64,000 nt of DNA from an uncultured Atribacterota bacterium (GCA_964433635.1 CAYSSG010000005.1:11295-75294); one strand, 5' to 3'. Positions 1-10,335 are shown, counted from the stretch's first letter. The notes: generated by a model from the sequence alone, not told the origin. Translations and numbers: made by a program.

Positions 1-149
1 TTAAAAATCAGATCAGGAATTTTTTTGATTATTATCATTTTGCACCCCATTTTTCCGGTTTCATTCTCATGATACTCGGTTCTTTCCTGGTTATTTTAGG
101 TATTTCCAACATCAACCGGTCTGTTTTAAAGAGATTTGTACCGCAACAG

Positions 150-1154
150 ATGGATAAGATTCCGGAGATTATCTTTCTACAGAGAAAATTAGGGAAAGGA
201 CCCCATATTGTGGTTATTGGGGGAGGAACCGGGCTTCATACCCTGTTAAGAGGTCTGAAGCAGTACACCAGTAATATTACTGCCATCGTGACTGTTTTTG
301 ATAGCGGAGGAAGCTCGGGACTGTTACGGGATGAATTAGGGGTTCTTCCTCCAGGAGATATCAGAAACTGCCTGGTTGCCTTATCAACCAAAGAACCGTT
401 AATGACAAGATTATTTCAATACCGCTTTAAAAATGGCAGCTTACAGGGTCATAGTTTTGGCAATTTATTCATTACTGCCATGGCTGAAGTAAGTGGTGAT
501 TTTCCAAAAGGTATTGAAAAATCAAGTGAAATTTTAGCGATTCGAGGGAAAGTATTACCTTCATCCATTGAGAATGTTACACTGTGCGCTCAGTTAAAAA
601 ACAAGCAAATCATCAGGGGAGAAAAAAATATATCTCATAGTAATGAAAAAATCGAAAGCGTTTTTATTGAACCATCACCTATTCTGCCCTTACCGGAAAC
701 TATTCAGGCGATAAAGGAAGCTCAGGCTATTATTCTTGGTCCAGGAAGTCTTTATACCAGTGTGATCTGTAACCTGTTAGTTGAGAGTATACCTGAAGCG
801 ATTTGCCAGTCAAAAGCGTTTAAAATCTATATATGTAACGTGATGACCCAACCAGGCGAGACAGATCATTACTCAGCATCGATGCACTTGGAAGAGGTCA
901 TTAAATACCTGGATCACAATTGTATTGATTATGTTCTGCTGAATAATAAGGAATTGAGTGAAGAAGTAGCAGCAAAATACAGAAAGAAGAATGCATTTGC
1001 AGTCAGGGATGATTTAAATCATCAATTTGGACAGAGAACAAAAATGATTCGTCAGGAATTACTATCAGAAGTTGATTTTGCCCGGCACGATTCAGATAAA
1101 ATCGCCAGGTTGATCATGGATATTATCCAGAAGGAGAAAAAGGTTAACAGGTAA
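150..1154 (+). CDS. yvcK: YvcK/UPF0052 (CofD-like) gluconeogenesis-factor family protein
   Basis: ORF 69-1154. Glycine-rich N-terminal motif VVIGGGTGLHTLLRGLK is typical of the UPF0052/CofD fold. Most plausible start is ATG at 150 (MDKIPE). The gene is directly followed by whiA, as in Firmicute yvcJ-yvcK-whiA synteny. Confidence 0.8.
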   Translation: MDKIPEIIFLQRKLGKGPHIVVIGGGTGLHTLLRGLKQYTSNITAIVTVFDSGGSSGLLRDELGVLPPGDIRNCLVALSTKEPLMTRLFQYRFKNGSLQGHSFGNLFITAMAEVSGDFPKGIEKSSEILAIRGKVLPSSIENVTLCAQLKNKQIIRGEKNISHSNEKIESVFIEPSPILPLPETIQAIKEAQAIILGPGSLYTSVICNLLVESIPEAICQSKAFKIYICNVMTQPGETDHYSASMHLEEVIKYLDHNCIDYVLLNNKELSEEVAAKYRKKNAFAVRDDLNHQFGQRTKMIRQELLSEVDFARHDSDKIARLIMDIIQKEKKVNR

Positions 1155-2117
1155 ATGTATTTTTCACCAATGGTAAAACAGGAATTGGCACGCGTTATGC
1201 CCCTGGATAGAGTAGAACAGGAGAGTGAATTATCCGCTTTTGTCAGAATGACAGGTATCGTAAAACAAACAAATCCAGTCCTGTTATTGATTTTAGAGAA
1301 TCCTGTATTAATTAAGGTTATCTATTTTTTATTCAAGAAAGTGTTTCAGCTGGAAGTCGTGGTTGACATTATTCAGAAAAAAAAGAAAAGGCTTTATCTT
1401 ATTACCATTCCAGATATAAAAAGAACAGAGAAGGTTCTGGATTATTTTGATCTGCAGGTCAGTTTACAGGGAAGAGTCATTGATAAGAAGCTCATGACCA
1501 AAAACAAGAAAGACCCTGCTGTTAATTTTGCATCTGGACCATTCTTACGCGGTGCCTTCCTGGCGAAAGGTTTTGTGAATGATCCTGAAAGGATGTATCA
1601 TCTGGAAATACCCGGACGCGATAAAGACGAGGCAGACATGATCTATGCTGTTCTACAGGATGCTTCGCTCTCTGCAAAATTAGGTCTCTGGCAGAAGAAG
1701 TGGACTGTGTATATGAAAAAAAGCGAGGAAATCTTTGAATTTTTACGATTTATTGGCGTACAGAGAGCTTTACTGAATCTCCAGGATATTATTGCCAGAA
1801 AGGACCTTTTGAATACTGTCAACCGGCTGGTGAACTGTGAAACGGCAAATCTGGATAAAACAATCCTGTCTGCCAACAAGCAATTGAATGATATTGATCT
1901 GATAAGAAAGAATATTGGATTGGAAAATCTACCTCCAAGCCTGATTGAGGTGATTAAAATCCGGTTGGAAAATCCCTATTCCAGCATTCAGGAATTAGCC
2001 AATATTCTAGGAGGAAGTGTTTCCAAATCAGGAATTTATCATCGTCTAAAGAAGATAGAACAGTTAGCGGAAGATCATATGCCGGTGGAAAATCAATCAA
2101 TGCCATGGCAGATATGA
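1155..2117 (+). CDS. whiA: Sporulation/cell-division transcription regulator WhiA
   Basis: 320 aa. N-terminus FSPMVKQELARV matches WhiA. C-terminal HTH segment SIQELANILGGSVSKSGIYHRLKKI matches the WhiA DNA-binding domain. Its start abuts the yvcK stop. Confidence 0.88.
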   Translation: MYFSPMVKQELARVMPLDRVEQESELSAFVRMTGIVKQTNPVLLLILENPVLIKVIYFLFKKVFQLEVVVDIIQKKKKRLYLITIPDIKRTEKVLDYFDLQVSLQGRVIDKKLMTKNKKDPAVNFASGPFLRGAFLAKGFVNDPERMYHLEIPGRDKDEADMIYAVLQDASLSAKLGLWQKKWTVYMKKSEEIFEFLRFIGVQRALLNLQDIIARKDLLNTVNRLVNCETANLDKTILSANKQLNDIDLIRKNIGLENLPPSLIEVIKIRLENPYSSIQELANILGGSVSKSGIYHRLKKIEQLAEDHMPVENQSMPWQI

Positions 2118-2331
2118 AAATGAAACCATGTATAATTCTATAGATAATCCAGTAGAAACATGATACAATACAGCAGATATTTACCATTACAGCAATTATT
2201 TTTGAAGATTTGAACTTTGTTATCTGTATGTATGAGAGAAAATTATATTAACAGCTAGTCAGAAGTAGTTTACAATCATATCGGGTAATATTTTAAAATA
2301 ACCAAACCATAACAGGTGGGTAGATAAGAAG

Positions 2332-3852
2332 ATGTTAATGAATCAGGGAATGGCTTTGGAACAGAGACAAGCTTTGCATTTAACCGCCCAGATGCGGCAG
2401 TCTATTGAGATTTTACAGATGAATACGATTGATCTAAGTCAGTGGTTACAGAAAGAATCACAGGACAACCCGGTTTTGGAGATAGAGATGAATCAAATGA
2501 CTGATAAGGATAGGGAATTGAGTCAGAATGGTGCATCAGGAGAAAAAGATTCATCAAAAAGCATTGAAAGCGATGAAATGAGTCGGGAAGAGGTAAATTC
2601 CTTTTTTTCTAACCGGATAGACAGAACAATGTTGATGAAGAAGAATAGGATAACGACTGAGCTGGAAGGTGATTTACAGAATTTGATTACCCAGAATATG
2701 ACCTTACAGGAACATCTTCTTTTGAGCTTTAATGTGACTGCAAAAAATGAAATTGATTTCAAGATCGGCGAATATTTAATCGGCAACATCAATCGAAATG
2801 GTTATTTAGGTATAAGCTGTCGTGAAGTTGCCCGAGATTTAGGTATTCCGGAAAAAAGAGTCAAGCAGGTTTTAGCAATGATTCAAAATTGTTCAATTCC
2901 GGGATTAGGGGCCAGAAGCTTGAAAGAATGTCTCCTGCTGCAGCTTAAATATCTGAAATTAAAGGAAAAAGACTTGATTAAAAGACTGATTGTTTCCTAT
3001 CTTGATGAATTATCGCGGAAGAATTTTAAGGTAATCTGTAAAGCCCTGGATTTGACTTATTATGAAATTCAGAATCTTCTGGATATGATGATAAGAAATT
3101 TTGACCCCAAACCGGGCAGAATTTTTTATCAGAAAAATGAGATACATTTTCTGATTCCTGATATCATTGTAAAAAAGGGGGATGTCAAATATGAAATCAT
3201 TGAGAATACAAGCTATCTCCCATCGGTTAAAATCAGTTCTTTCTATAACCATCTTCTTTCAGAAAATAAGCTGTCCACAGAGATGAAAAACCGTGATTCT
3301 TTGTCCATAGAAAAGGAAAAGGAACAAGAGAAGACAATGGAATATCTGGAAAAAAAGATAAAATCAGCCCGGTGGATCATGCGATGTGTGGAACAAAGAA
3401 GAAAGACAATATTGGATATTACCCGTCTGATAATTGATTATCAGTCTGAATTTCTGGATAACGGAGTTACATACCTGAAACCTTTATCCATGAAGCGGGC
3501 AGCAGATTTATTGAATCTGCATGAGTCAACTGTTTCGAGGGCTATCAGTGGAAAGAGAATTCAGTTGCCCAGAGGAACATATGAAATGAAATATTTTTTT
3601 TCAAAGGGAATACCTCAAGAGAAGAATGAAATCGTATCCAATGAAAAGATAAAAAGTCTGATCAGGGATTATATTGAAACAGAAAATCATTATTTCCCTT
3701 ATTCTGATCAAAAATTAGCTGAATTATTGCAACAGAGAGAGAATCTTCAGGTTGCAAGGAGAACAGTAACAAAATATCGAAGACTGATGGGTCTGTCTTC
3801 TGCCAAGATGCGCAGGAGATATAAGAAAGCAGGAACAAAAATAAATCAGTAA
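2332..3852 (+). CDS. rpoN: RNA polymerase sigma-54 factor
   Basis: 506 aa. N-terminal activator-interacting region ([22 protein letters not shown]). C-terminal RpoN box [17 protein letters not shown] lies 11 nt upstream of the ATG. Confidence 0.9.
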   Translation: MLMNQGMALEQRQALHLTAQMRQSIEILQMNTIDLSQWLQKESQDNPVLEIEMNQMTDKDRELSQNGASGEKDSSKSIESDEMSREEVNSFFSNRIDRTMLMKKNRITTELEGDLQNLITQNMTLQEHLLLSFNVTAKNEIDFKIGEYLIGNINRNGYLGISCREVARDLGIPEKRVKQVLAMIQNCSIPGLGARSLKECLLLQLKYLKLKEKDLIKRLIVSYLDELSRKNFKVICKALDLTYYEIQNLLDMMIRNFDPKPGRIFYQKNEIHFLIPDIIVKKGDVKYEIIENTSYLPSVKISSFYNHLLSENKLSTEMKNRDSLSIEKEKEQEKTMEYLEKKIKSARWIMRCVEQRRKTILDITRLIIDYQSEFLDNGVTYLKPLSMKRAADLLNLHESTVSRAISGKRIQLPRGTYEMKYFFSKGIPQEKNEIVSNEKIKSLIRDYIETENHYFPYSDQKLAELLQQRENLQVARRTVTKYRRLMGLSSAKMRRRYKKAGTKINQ

Positions 3853-3871
3853 TTTAAAATTGGAGGAGAAT

Positions 3872-4891
3872 ATGAGTATAAAAGTCGGTATAAATGGATT
3901 TGGTAGAATTGGAAGGAATATATTCAGGGCAGCGTTAAAAGATAAGAATATTGATTTTATTGCCGTAAATGATATTGCGGAAGCCAGGACCCTGGCTCAT
4001 CTTCTGAAATATGATTCGGTACTTGGGGTATTAGATGTTGAAGTGAAAACCAGGGGTGAGGCATTTGAGGTTGCCGGTAGAACTGTGAAAGTGATCAGAG
4101 TTAAGGATCCGGCAGATTTACCATGGAAAGATCTGGGTGTTGATATCGTCATTGAATCTACCGGACTATTTAGAGACAGGGCAAGCGCTACCAAACATTT
4201 GACTGCCGGTGCCCGAAAGGTCATCATCACTGCACCGGCTAAGGATGAAGATGTCACCATTGTGCTGGGTGTTAATGAAAAAGATTATGATCATACAAAG
4301 CATCATATCATTTCTAATGCTTCATGCACGACAAATTGTCTCGCTCCTGTAGTAAAAGTGCTTCACGATACCTTTGGCGTGGAGAAGGGCATCATGTCCA
4401 CCATTCATTCCTATACCTCAGACCAGATGTTGTTGGACGGACCTCATAAAAGTGATTTACGGCGGGCAAGAGCTGCTGCCCTTTCCGTGGTTCCCACTAC
4501 CACAGGCGCAGCCAAGGCAGTGACCCTGGTAATTCCGGAATTGAAAGGGAAATTAAACGGAATGGCTTTTCGCGTACCTACACCCAATGTGTCAGTGGTT
4601 GATTTGTCAGTCTGGCTGAAAAAGGAAGTAACAGTTGAACAGATTAACCAGTCTTTTCAGAAAGCTGCCCGTGGTTCCCTGAAAGGTATTCTGGATTATA
4701 ATGAATTACCTCTGGTTTCCAGAGACTATAACGGCAACCCATTTTCTTCTATTGTTGATGGTCTTTCCACCATGGTAGTTGATGGCAACATGGCCAAAGT
4801 TATCTCCTGGTATGACAATGAATGGGGTTATTCCTGCAGGGTTGTTGACCTGGTCAAATATATATCAAAATCATCTTTGAAGAGAGAATGA
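3872..4891 (+). CDS. gap: Glyceraldehyde-3-phosphate dehydrogenase (type I)
   Basis: N-terminal Rossmann motif [12 protein letters not shown] and catalytic [19 protein letters not shown] 5 nt before the ATG at 3872. Confidence 0.95.
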   Translation: MSIKVGINGFGRIGRNIFRAALKDKNIDFIAVNDIAEARTLAHLLKYDSVLGVLDVEVKTRGEAFEVAGRTVKVIRVKDPADLPWKDLGVDIVIESTGLFRDRASATKHLTAGARKVIITAPAKDEDVTIVLGVNEKDYDHTKHHIISNASCTTNCLAPVVKVLHDTFGVEKGIMSTIHSYTSDQMLLDGPHKSDLRRARAAALSVVPTTTGAAKAVTLVIPELKGKLNGMAFRVPTPNVSVVDLSVWLKKEVTVEQINQSFQKAARGSLKGILDYNELPLVSRDYNGNPFSSIVDGLSTMVVDGNMAKVISWYDNEWGYSCRVVDLVKYISKSSLKRE

Positions 4892-4990
4892 AGAAAGGTA
4901 ATTTTTAGCCAATAAGGTGTTATTTGTGATGAAAAGACTCTCTACTTCCGAAGATAGGGAGTCTAATCGAATATTTTGGAGGATACGATC

Positions 4991-5746
4991 ATGCGCAAAC
5001 CATTGATTGCCGGAAATTGGAAGATGAATAAGACAGTTACTGAAAGCATTTCCCTGATTAAGGAATTAATTGATTTTATGAAAGGCTATGAAGATACGGA
5101 AGTGGTGATATGCCCGCCTTTTACCTCATTATGGGTTGCCAGGGAATTAATTCAGGATACGAATATCCTGTTAGGTGCCCAGAACATTTACCATCAGGAT
5201 GAAGGCGCCTTTACCGGGGAAATATCAGCGAGTATGCTGCAGAATATTGGTTGTAGTTATGTCATTGCAGGTCATTCTGAACGAAGAGGTTTTTTTCATG
5301 AAAATTCTCAGGAGGTTGCCTGGAAAGTTCAAAAGGCACTATCCTTTGGTCTTAAGCCAATTATCTGTGTTGGAGAGAAATTAGCAGAAAGAGAATCAGG
5401 ATTAGCTGAAGATGTGGTTAAAGAAGAGGTGGAAGCAATTGTAGAGGTGGTAAAATCTCTGGAAGCCTCAAAAGTTGTTTTTGCCTATGAACCGATCTGG
5501 GCAATCGGCACCGGCAAATCTGCAACCTCCCGGGATGCCAATGATATGGTGAAGTATATTCGTGAACTGTTGAGGAAGAAATATGATGAAAAGGTCAGTG
5601 ATCAAATCAGGATTTTATATGGAGGAAGCGTGAATCCTGAAAATATTAAGGAATTGATGGCTGAAAGTGATATTGATGGTGCATTAGTTGGAGGAGCCAG
5701 CTTAAAAGCCCTTACTTTTTCACAAATAGTAAAATACAGGATATAG
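4991..5746 (+). CDS. tpiA: Triosephosphate isomerase
   Basis: MRKPLIAGNWKMN N-terminus, AYEPIWAIGTGK and GGASLK motifs. GGAGGA SD before the ATG at 4991. Confidence 0.95.
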   Translation: MRKPLIAGNWKMNKTVTESISLIKELIDFMKGYEDTEVVICPPFTSLWVARELIQDTNILLGAQNIYHQDEGAFTGEISASMLQNIGCSYVIAGHSERRGFFHENSQEVAWKVQKALSFGLKPIICVGEKLAERESGLAEDVVKEEVEAIVEVVKSLEASKVVFAYEPIWAIGTGKSATSRDANDMVKYIRELLRKKYDEKVSDQIRILYGGSVNPENIKELMAESDIDGALVGGASLKALTFSQIVKYRI

Positions 5747-5939
5747 CATATTCTTGCTGCCTTATAAAAAGAATCCTGAAGAAATAAGAATATCAAAATT
5801 GGGATTTCTGATTAAATAATTCTCCTGACTACCTTGAAGCAATACTGTAAATATGTTATGATTCATAAGCATATGATTTCAGGTGATTATATGGGGAGAA
5901 GTGTATCCCGAATAAAAACATAGAAGGAGAGAGTAGCCG

Positions 5940-6164
5940 ATGCCAACATGGTTGATGCTGATTCAAATTTCAATAAGCATAGCCCTGATAGCCATAGTTT
6001 TATTTCAAACCAGAAAAGTCAGTCAGGGTGGTGGTATTTTTGGTGGAGGGACATTTGCTGAGCATAAAGGAAGAAAGGGAAAGGAAGCCCTTTTTCTCAA
6101 AATAACGACTGCCGTTGCTGTTTTATTTATGCTATCATCCATTTTGATTAGTATTTATAAATAA
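5940..6164 (+). CDS. secG: Preprotein translocase subunit SecG
   Basis: 74 aa with two TM helices and a central Gly-rich loop (QGGGIFGGG). It sits in the canonical position downstream of tpi. GAAGGAGAG SD. Confidence 0.8.
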   Translation: MPTWLMLIQISISIALIAIVLFQTRKVSQGGGIFGGGTFAEHKGRKGKEALFLKITTAVAVLFMLSSILISIYK

Positions 6165-6186
6165 TCGAAAAGGAAACAGAATAACA

Positions 6187-7224
6187 TTGAATCAATTTAT
6201 TCGTTCTACTTCCGAAATAAAGCACTACCAGGTAGATACTGGGCGGAAACTTTTTTCTGCTAATCATGATGAGATAGAAAAAGGATTGACGACTGATGTT
6301 TATTTTATAAGAGCCCTGGAAATCCTGAAATATCTCCAACTGGATGGTACCAAGGTTACGGCAGAAATATTTGCCAGAAGAAAAGGAATTTTTGCCGGTG
6401 TTCAGGAAATATACAATCTGTTAAAGGATAAAAATATTAAGCTCTGGTCAATTCAAGAGGGAGATTCGTTTCAACCCAAAGAGACAGTCATGCGAATAGA
6501 GGGGCCTTATAACGAATTCGGAATTTTTGAGACAGTCATACTGGGAATACTGGCCAGCAGTTCTGCCTGGGCTACTGCAGCCAGAGCATGTCGTGATGTT
6601 GCTGGTGACAAAAAAATTATCTGTTTTGGATCCCGCCATATACACCCGGCAGTTGCCCCGGTCATGGAGAGATCCGCTATAATCGGTGGTATTGACGGAG
6701 CCAGTTGCATTCTGGGAGCGAAATTGATGGGCCAGGAGCCTCAGGGAACGATACCGCATACCGTGATCATTATTTCCGGAGACACGGTTAAGGCAGCAAA
6801 GGCATACCATCATTGCTGTCCCCCTGATGTTCCCAGGGTTATCCTGATTGATACATTTAAAGATGAGGCTGAGGAATCATTGAGGGTAGCTAATGCCTTA
6901 GGAAAAGATTTATTGGGAGTTCGGCTTGATACTCCCAGTGAAAGAGGAGGAGTATCCCCTGATCTGGTCAAAGAAGTGAGAATTCGGCTGGACCAGGCAG
7001 GATTTTCCCATGTTAAGATTTTCGTCTCCGGAGGTATAACGCCCGAACGGATTGAATTACTGAGTCAAGAAGCAGTAGATGCCTTTGGAGTGGGCAGTTT
7101 TATCAGCGATGCATCCCCCATTGATATGACCCTTGATATCAAGGAAATCGAAGGAAAACCGATTGCCAAAAGAGGGCGGATCCCCGGAAAGATTGAAAAT
7201 AAAAAGCTTGTGAAACTGATATAG
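6187..7224 (+). CDS. Nicotinate phosphoribosyltransferase family protein (COG1488-like)
   Basis: 345 aa. Weak but recognisable PRTase type II features (FGSRHIH, GGIDGAS, LIDTF, VRLDTPSERGG). TTG start with an AAAGGAAAC SD. Family-level call only. Confidence 0.55.
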   Translation: MNQFIRSTSEIKHYQVDTGRKLFSANHDEIEKGLTTDVYFIRALEILKYLQLDGTKVTAEIFARRKGIFAGVQEIYNLLKDKNIKLWSIQEGDSFQPKETVMRIEGPYNEFGIFETVILGILASSSAWATAARACRDVAGDKKIICFGSRHIHPAVAPVMERSAIIGGIDGASCILGAKLMGQEPQGTIPHTVIIISGDTVKAAKAYHHCCPPDVPRVILIDTFKDEAEESLRVANALGKDLLGVRLDTPSERGGVSPDLVKEVRIRLDQAGFSHVKIFVSGGITPERIELLSQEAVDAFGVGSFISDASPIDMTLDIKEIEGKPIAKRGRIPGKIENKKLVKLI

Positions 7225-7246
7225 CATTACGTATTATCTATATCAT
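7222..7246. repeat. Left inverted motif of intergenic cassette 1 (TAGCATTACGTATTAT...), overlapping the stop codon
   Basis: Member of a recurring motif family (see findings). Its partners are at 7811-7840, at 7616-7629 and at the other cassettes. Confidence 0.5.
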
Positions 7247-7498
7247 ATGCTGCATAATGTGAAATACTGGAAGTATAAATGTAAGATAATATAAAAAAAT
7301 CAATCTAAATTTTAAAAATTAAAATAAATCTGTTGAAAACAGAAAAATATCAGTAAACCAATCAGCTGGAAAATAAGTCATAGGAAAAGTGTAAATATAT
7401 TTAATCATTCATGTAGGGTAAATTTTTTTTATAGTGTCATTCGTTTTCGGTTTTTATATTTTGTTATTTTAGACCAGCATCTATACTTAAAAACGGTT

Positions 7499-7629
7499 TT
7501 GAAGTTTGGATTGGCAGATTCTTAATGATTTTTAACCAAAAACGAATAACTAAAAACTGAAAACAAATTTCAAGCTAACGACTGAATACCAACGACTAAC
7601 GACTTATTATTGGACTCAATACGTAATAC
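7499..7629. repeat. 131-bp perfect direct repeat, copy 1
   Basis: Identical to 7694-7824 as read by eye. Contains the AACGACT x3 sub-repeat and ends in the ATACGTAATAC motif. Confidence 0.85.
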
Positions 7630-7693
7630 ACACGACGCTATATCGTTTACCGTAAGGAGAGTTTGTGAATTGACTTTTGACACAGTATCTGAA

Positions 7694-7824
7694 TTGAAGT
7701 TTGGATTGGCAGATTCTTAATGATTTTTAACCAAAAACGAATAACTAAAAACTGAAAACAAATTTCAAGCTAACGACTGAATACCAACGACTAACGACTT
7801 ATTATTGGACTCAATACGTAATAC
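7694..7824. repeat. 131-bp perfect direct repeat, copy 2
   Basis: Identical to 7499-7629 at a 195-bp offset. Ends in the right inverted motif of the cassette, 26 nt before tRNA-Leu. Confidence 0.85.
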
Positions 7825-7850
7825 GGTATACGTTATACTGTCTTTAAATT

Positions 7851-7937
7851 GCCGGGATGGCGGAATAGGTAGACGCGCCAGCTTGAGGGGCTGGTGGGCT
7901 TATTGCTTGTGGGGGTTCAAATCCCCCTCCCGGCACC
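7851..7937 (+). tRNA. tRNA-Leu (anticodon GAG)
   Basis: Acceptor stem GCCGGGA/TCCCGGC. Anticodon stem-loop CCAGC-TTGAGGG-GCTGG, with GAG at positions 34-36. Long variable arm and T-arm GGGGG-TTCAAAT-CCCCC. Aligns with E. coli tRNA-Leu. Confidence 0.85.
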
Positions 7938-7981
7938 TCTATGCTGGTTGACGTGATATTCTAAAGGTTAATATTTTTTTA

Positions 7982-8012
7982 GAGGAAGTGCATACTTCCT
8001 TATTTTAATGTA
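7982..8012 (+). terminator. Hairpin plus T-rich tail downstream of tRNA-Leu
   Basis: AGGAAGT-gcat-ACTTCCT stem followed by TATTTTAAT. Confidence 0.4.
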
Positions 8013-8141
8013 AAAATACGGATTTTCAGTCACGAAATCCAGTCAACAGAAAATACGCTCTCCGGAGAACTTTCCAGGGAGATGAGAGGAAAGCGATTAA
8101 AAGGGTTTCAGGGATCATCTTTTCCTGATTCATTTATTGAG

Positions 8142-8492
8142 ATGCATGAAAGATCAATTGCCCGGAACTTATTGCATATCGTCTTAGATAAAGCAACTGT
8201 TAACGGTAGACAAAAAAAAGTAAAATTAATACGAATCATCATTGGCGAATTGACTATGATTCATGACGAGCTTCTGGTAGGTGCTTTTTATCAATTATCC
8301 CATTCTACAGTGGCAGGGGAAGCCAGAATTGAAATCCTGCATTCAACTTTACATGGAAAATGTCAAGACTGTCAAAAAAAATTCAAATTGAATAAAAGGG
8401 AATTTAAATGTCCTTTTTGTGGAGGTCAGTCTATTCAGATTATTAGTGGAGATGAATGTTTTATTCAGGATATTGAGCTGGTTGACCATTAA
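8142..8492 (+). CDS. hypA: Hydrogenase nickel-insertion zinc-finger protein HypA
   Basis: MHERSIARNLL N-terminus, plus CQDC...CPFCGG zinc-finger pair at the C-terminus. The ORF extends upstream to ATG 8082 (20 extra aa). Neither start has a good SD, so the start is uncertain. Confidence 0.75.
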   Translation: MHERSIARNLLHIVLDKATVNGRQKKVKLIRIIIGELTMIHDELLVGAFYQLSHSTVAGEARIEILHSTLHGKCQDCQKKFKLNKREFKCPFCGGQSIQIISGDECFIQDIELVDH

Positions 8493-8677
8493 ATTTTCTA
8501 AAATCAATTGCACACCTTATGAGGAATATGATATACTTTTGCCAGTGTTTTGAATTTCAGCAATTGAATCAACGCCAATACAGTTTCGACATAAAATTGA
8601 TTGTAATAAAGAAGAAGATTGGTCTAAGAGAATAGGTAAAAATTTTCTTAAATAAAGACTTAAAGTGAGGTGAAGGA

Positions 8678-9187
8678 ATGATTGGTTTTATTGTCAGTTT
8701 TATTTTGAGTTTTGTTGCCTATCTTTTTTTAACCGCCAATCAGGGAGAGATTCTTGGTCTATGGAGTCAATATGAAATCGTTGCTGCTGTGATTATTTCC
8801 TTAATTGTTGCGGCTATTTCAGCAAAGGTTTTGTTTCAGAAGAAGCATTATCGATTATTAAACCCATTGAGATGGGTTCTTTTTTTGTTCTATCTGATAG
8901 GACCTTTTTTTATTGCCATGGCAAAAGCAAATATTGATGTTGCCTATCGAGTGATTACCGGGAAAATCAATCCGGGAATTGTGAAGATATCCCCTCATTT
9001 AAAGACAGATACTGCTATCACGATGTTGGCAAATTCCATTACCTTGACACCCGGAACGCTCAGTGTAGATATCGATGAAAAGAACAATGATCTTTATATT
9101 CATTGGATTAATGTTACCAATCTCAAACCCACCATTGAAGATATTTGCGGCAGCTTCCCTGTATGGGCCAGGAGGATTGCAGAATGA
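8678..9187 (+). CDS. mbhA: Mbh subunit A (MrpE/MnhE-like antiporter subunit)
   Basis: 169 aa membrane protein. First gene of a 14-gene cluster whose sizes and order match Pyrococcus mbhA-N. GTGAGGTGAAGG SD. Confidence 0.65.
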   Translation: MIGFIVSFILSFVAYLFLTANQGEILGLWSQYEIVAAVIISLIVAAISAKVLFQKKHYRLLNPLRWVLFLFYLIGPFFIAMAKANIDVAYRVITGKINPGIVKISPHLKTDTAITMLANSITLTPGTLSVDIDEKNNDLYIHWINVTNLKPTIEDICGSFPVWARRIAE

Positions 9188-9459
9188 ATCAATTAAGTAA
9201 TATTTTTCTGATTCCAGCTATTTTGTTGATGTTTTTTATTTTTATCTCTTTATTGCGTCTTATCTTAGGGCCGACAGTGCCTGATCGTGTGGTCGCTATG
9301 GACACGATTAACACATTAGTCATTGCTGGAATGATTTTATTCGGTGCCGCTTTTAAAGAGATCATTTATATAGATGTGGCAATAGTATATGCCTTGTTAT
9401 CCTACATTGCGACCTTATTCATTGCAAACTATATGGAGAGGAGGGCGAAGGATAAGTGA
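9184..9459 (+). CDS. mbhB: Mbh subunit B (MrpF-like)
   Basis: About 91 aa membrane protein. AGGAGG SD before ATG 9184. Overlapping start/stop indicates translational coupling. Confidence 0.6.
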   Translation: MNQLSNIFLIPAILLMFFIFISLLRLILGPTVPDRVVAMDTINTLVIAGMILFGAAFKEIIYIDVAIVYALLSYIATLFIANYMERRAKDK

Positions 9460-9818
9460 CGATTTTATTAATTATTTTATACCTGTTCCTTTTGATTGGA
9501 ATATTTTTTAACGGATTGGGTTCATTCGGTTTAATGAGATTTCCTGATGTTTATACCCGATTACATGCTGCAACAAAATGTACTACTTTTGGATCTATCT
9601 TTTTTTCATTATCAGTAATTATTTTCGGATTCTATTCCTGGAATGCGAGTGGTGACTCTAAATATGGCGTGATGGCATTGCATACCATTGTAGCCCTGGT
9701 CTGTCTTGTTGCCACTAACCCTACAGGAGCCCATGCCATTGCCCGGGCGGCATACCGCAGTGGTGTGATGCCCAAGCAAGCGGTGGTTGATGATTTAAAG
9801 GAGGCAAACTTAAAATGA
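9456..9818 (+). CDS. mbhC: Mbh subunit C (MrpG/MnhG-like)
   Basis: 120 aa with 3 TM helices. Mrp subunit G-like (RFPDVYTRLHAATK). Confidence 0.65.
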   Translation: MTILLIILYLFLLIGIFFNGLGSFGLMRFPDVYTRLHAATKCTTFGSIFFSLSVIIFGFYSWNASGDSKYGVMALHTIVALVCLVATNPTGAHAIARAAYRSGVMPKQAVVDDLKEANLK

Positions 9819-10057
9819 GTTCATTGATAGGATTTGCCCATATTGCCATATTGCTGATGATGATTGTTGCTGCATTTATGGCTGTTAGTATGAAAAATCT
9901 TTTACCGTCAGTGATTGCTCTGGCTGTTGCCAGTCTATTGCTTTCACTGGAATTCTATCTATTGCATGCACCGGATGTAGCAATAGCAGAGGCTGGAATC
10001 GGAGCAGCATTAACGATGGCTATCTATATTTTTGCCATTCGGGCAACCAGGAAGTGA
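9815..10057 (+). CDS. mbhD: Mbh subunit D-like small membrane protein
   Basis: 80 aa, 3 TM helices. Position and size match MbhD. Confidence 0.55.
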   Translation: MSSLIGFAHIAILLMMIVAAFMAVSMKNLLPSVIALAVASLLLSLEFYLLHAPDVAIAEAGIGAALTMAIYIFAIRATRK

Positions 10058-10068
10058 GAGGTGAAGGA

Positions 10069-10335
10069 ATGAAAAAATCAATCTTTGGTTTAGCTTTGCT
10101 TTTTTTTGTAGCCTTTATGATTTTGGCTGCTTTCAGCATGCGGCTATTTGGAGAGCCAACCTTTAGTGAGGTGGATGATTATTACATTCAAAATGCCCAG
10201 GCTGAAACAGGAGCTAACAATGTAGTAACAACCATTGTTTTCGATTATCGAGGTTTTGATACATTGGGAGAAGGGACAGTTTTGTTTACAGCGGTCATGG
10301 GGATTACGGCATTGTTCAGGGAGGTGGTCAAATGA
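10069..10335 (+). CDS. mbhE: Mbh subunit E (MrpB-domain, DYRGFDTLGE motif)
   Basis: Conserved MnhB-type DYRGFDTLGE motif. GAGGTGAAGG SD before ATG 10069. Confidence 0.65.
   Translation: MKKSIFGLALLFFVAFMILAAFSMRLFGEPTFSEVDDYYIQNAQAETGANNVVTTIVFDYRGFDTLGEGTVLFTAVMGITALFREVVK

Noticed and set aside
1643-2187. Antisense small ORFs (1643-1879, 1954-2187) inside or overlapping whiA
   Set aside because: They lie fully within a well-supported conserved gene on the opposite strand, with no SD and no recognisable motifs. Typical AT-rich spurious frames.
6148-6339. 63-aa minus-strand ORF overlapping the secG end and the PRTase-like gene start
   Set aside because: It overlaps two co-directional + strand genes and shows no conserved features.
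7511-7535. Sigma-54 promoter within the 131-bp repeat (TTGGCAG-N5-TTAATG)
   Set aside because: The -12 element does not match TTGCA/TTGCT and no sigma-54 activator is nearby. Likely chance resemblance.
7529-7564. 11-codon ORF (MIFNQKRITKN) inside each 131-bp repeat copy
   Set aside because: Too short, no SD, and low-complexity A-rich sequence.
7440-7850. CRISPR array or minisatellite in the tRNA-Leu upstream region
   Set aside because: Only two copies of a long (131 bp) unit at a 195-bp period. No short regular repeat-spacer architecture and no cas genes in the window.
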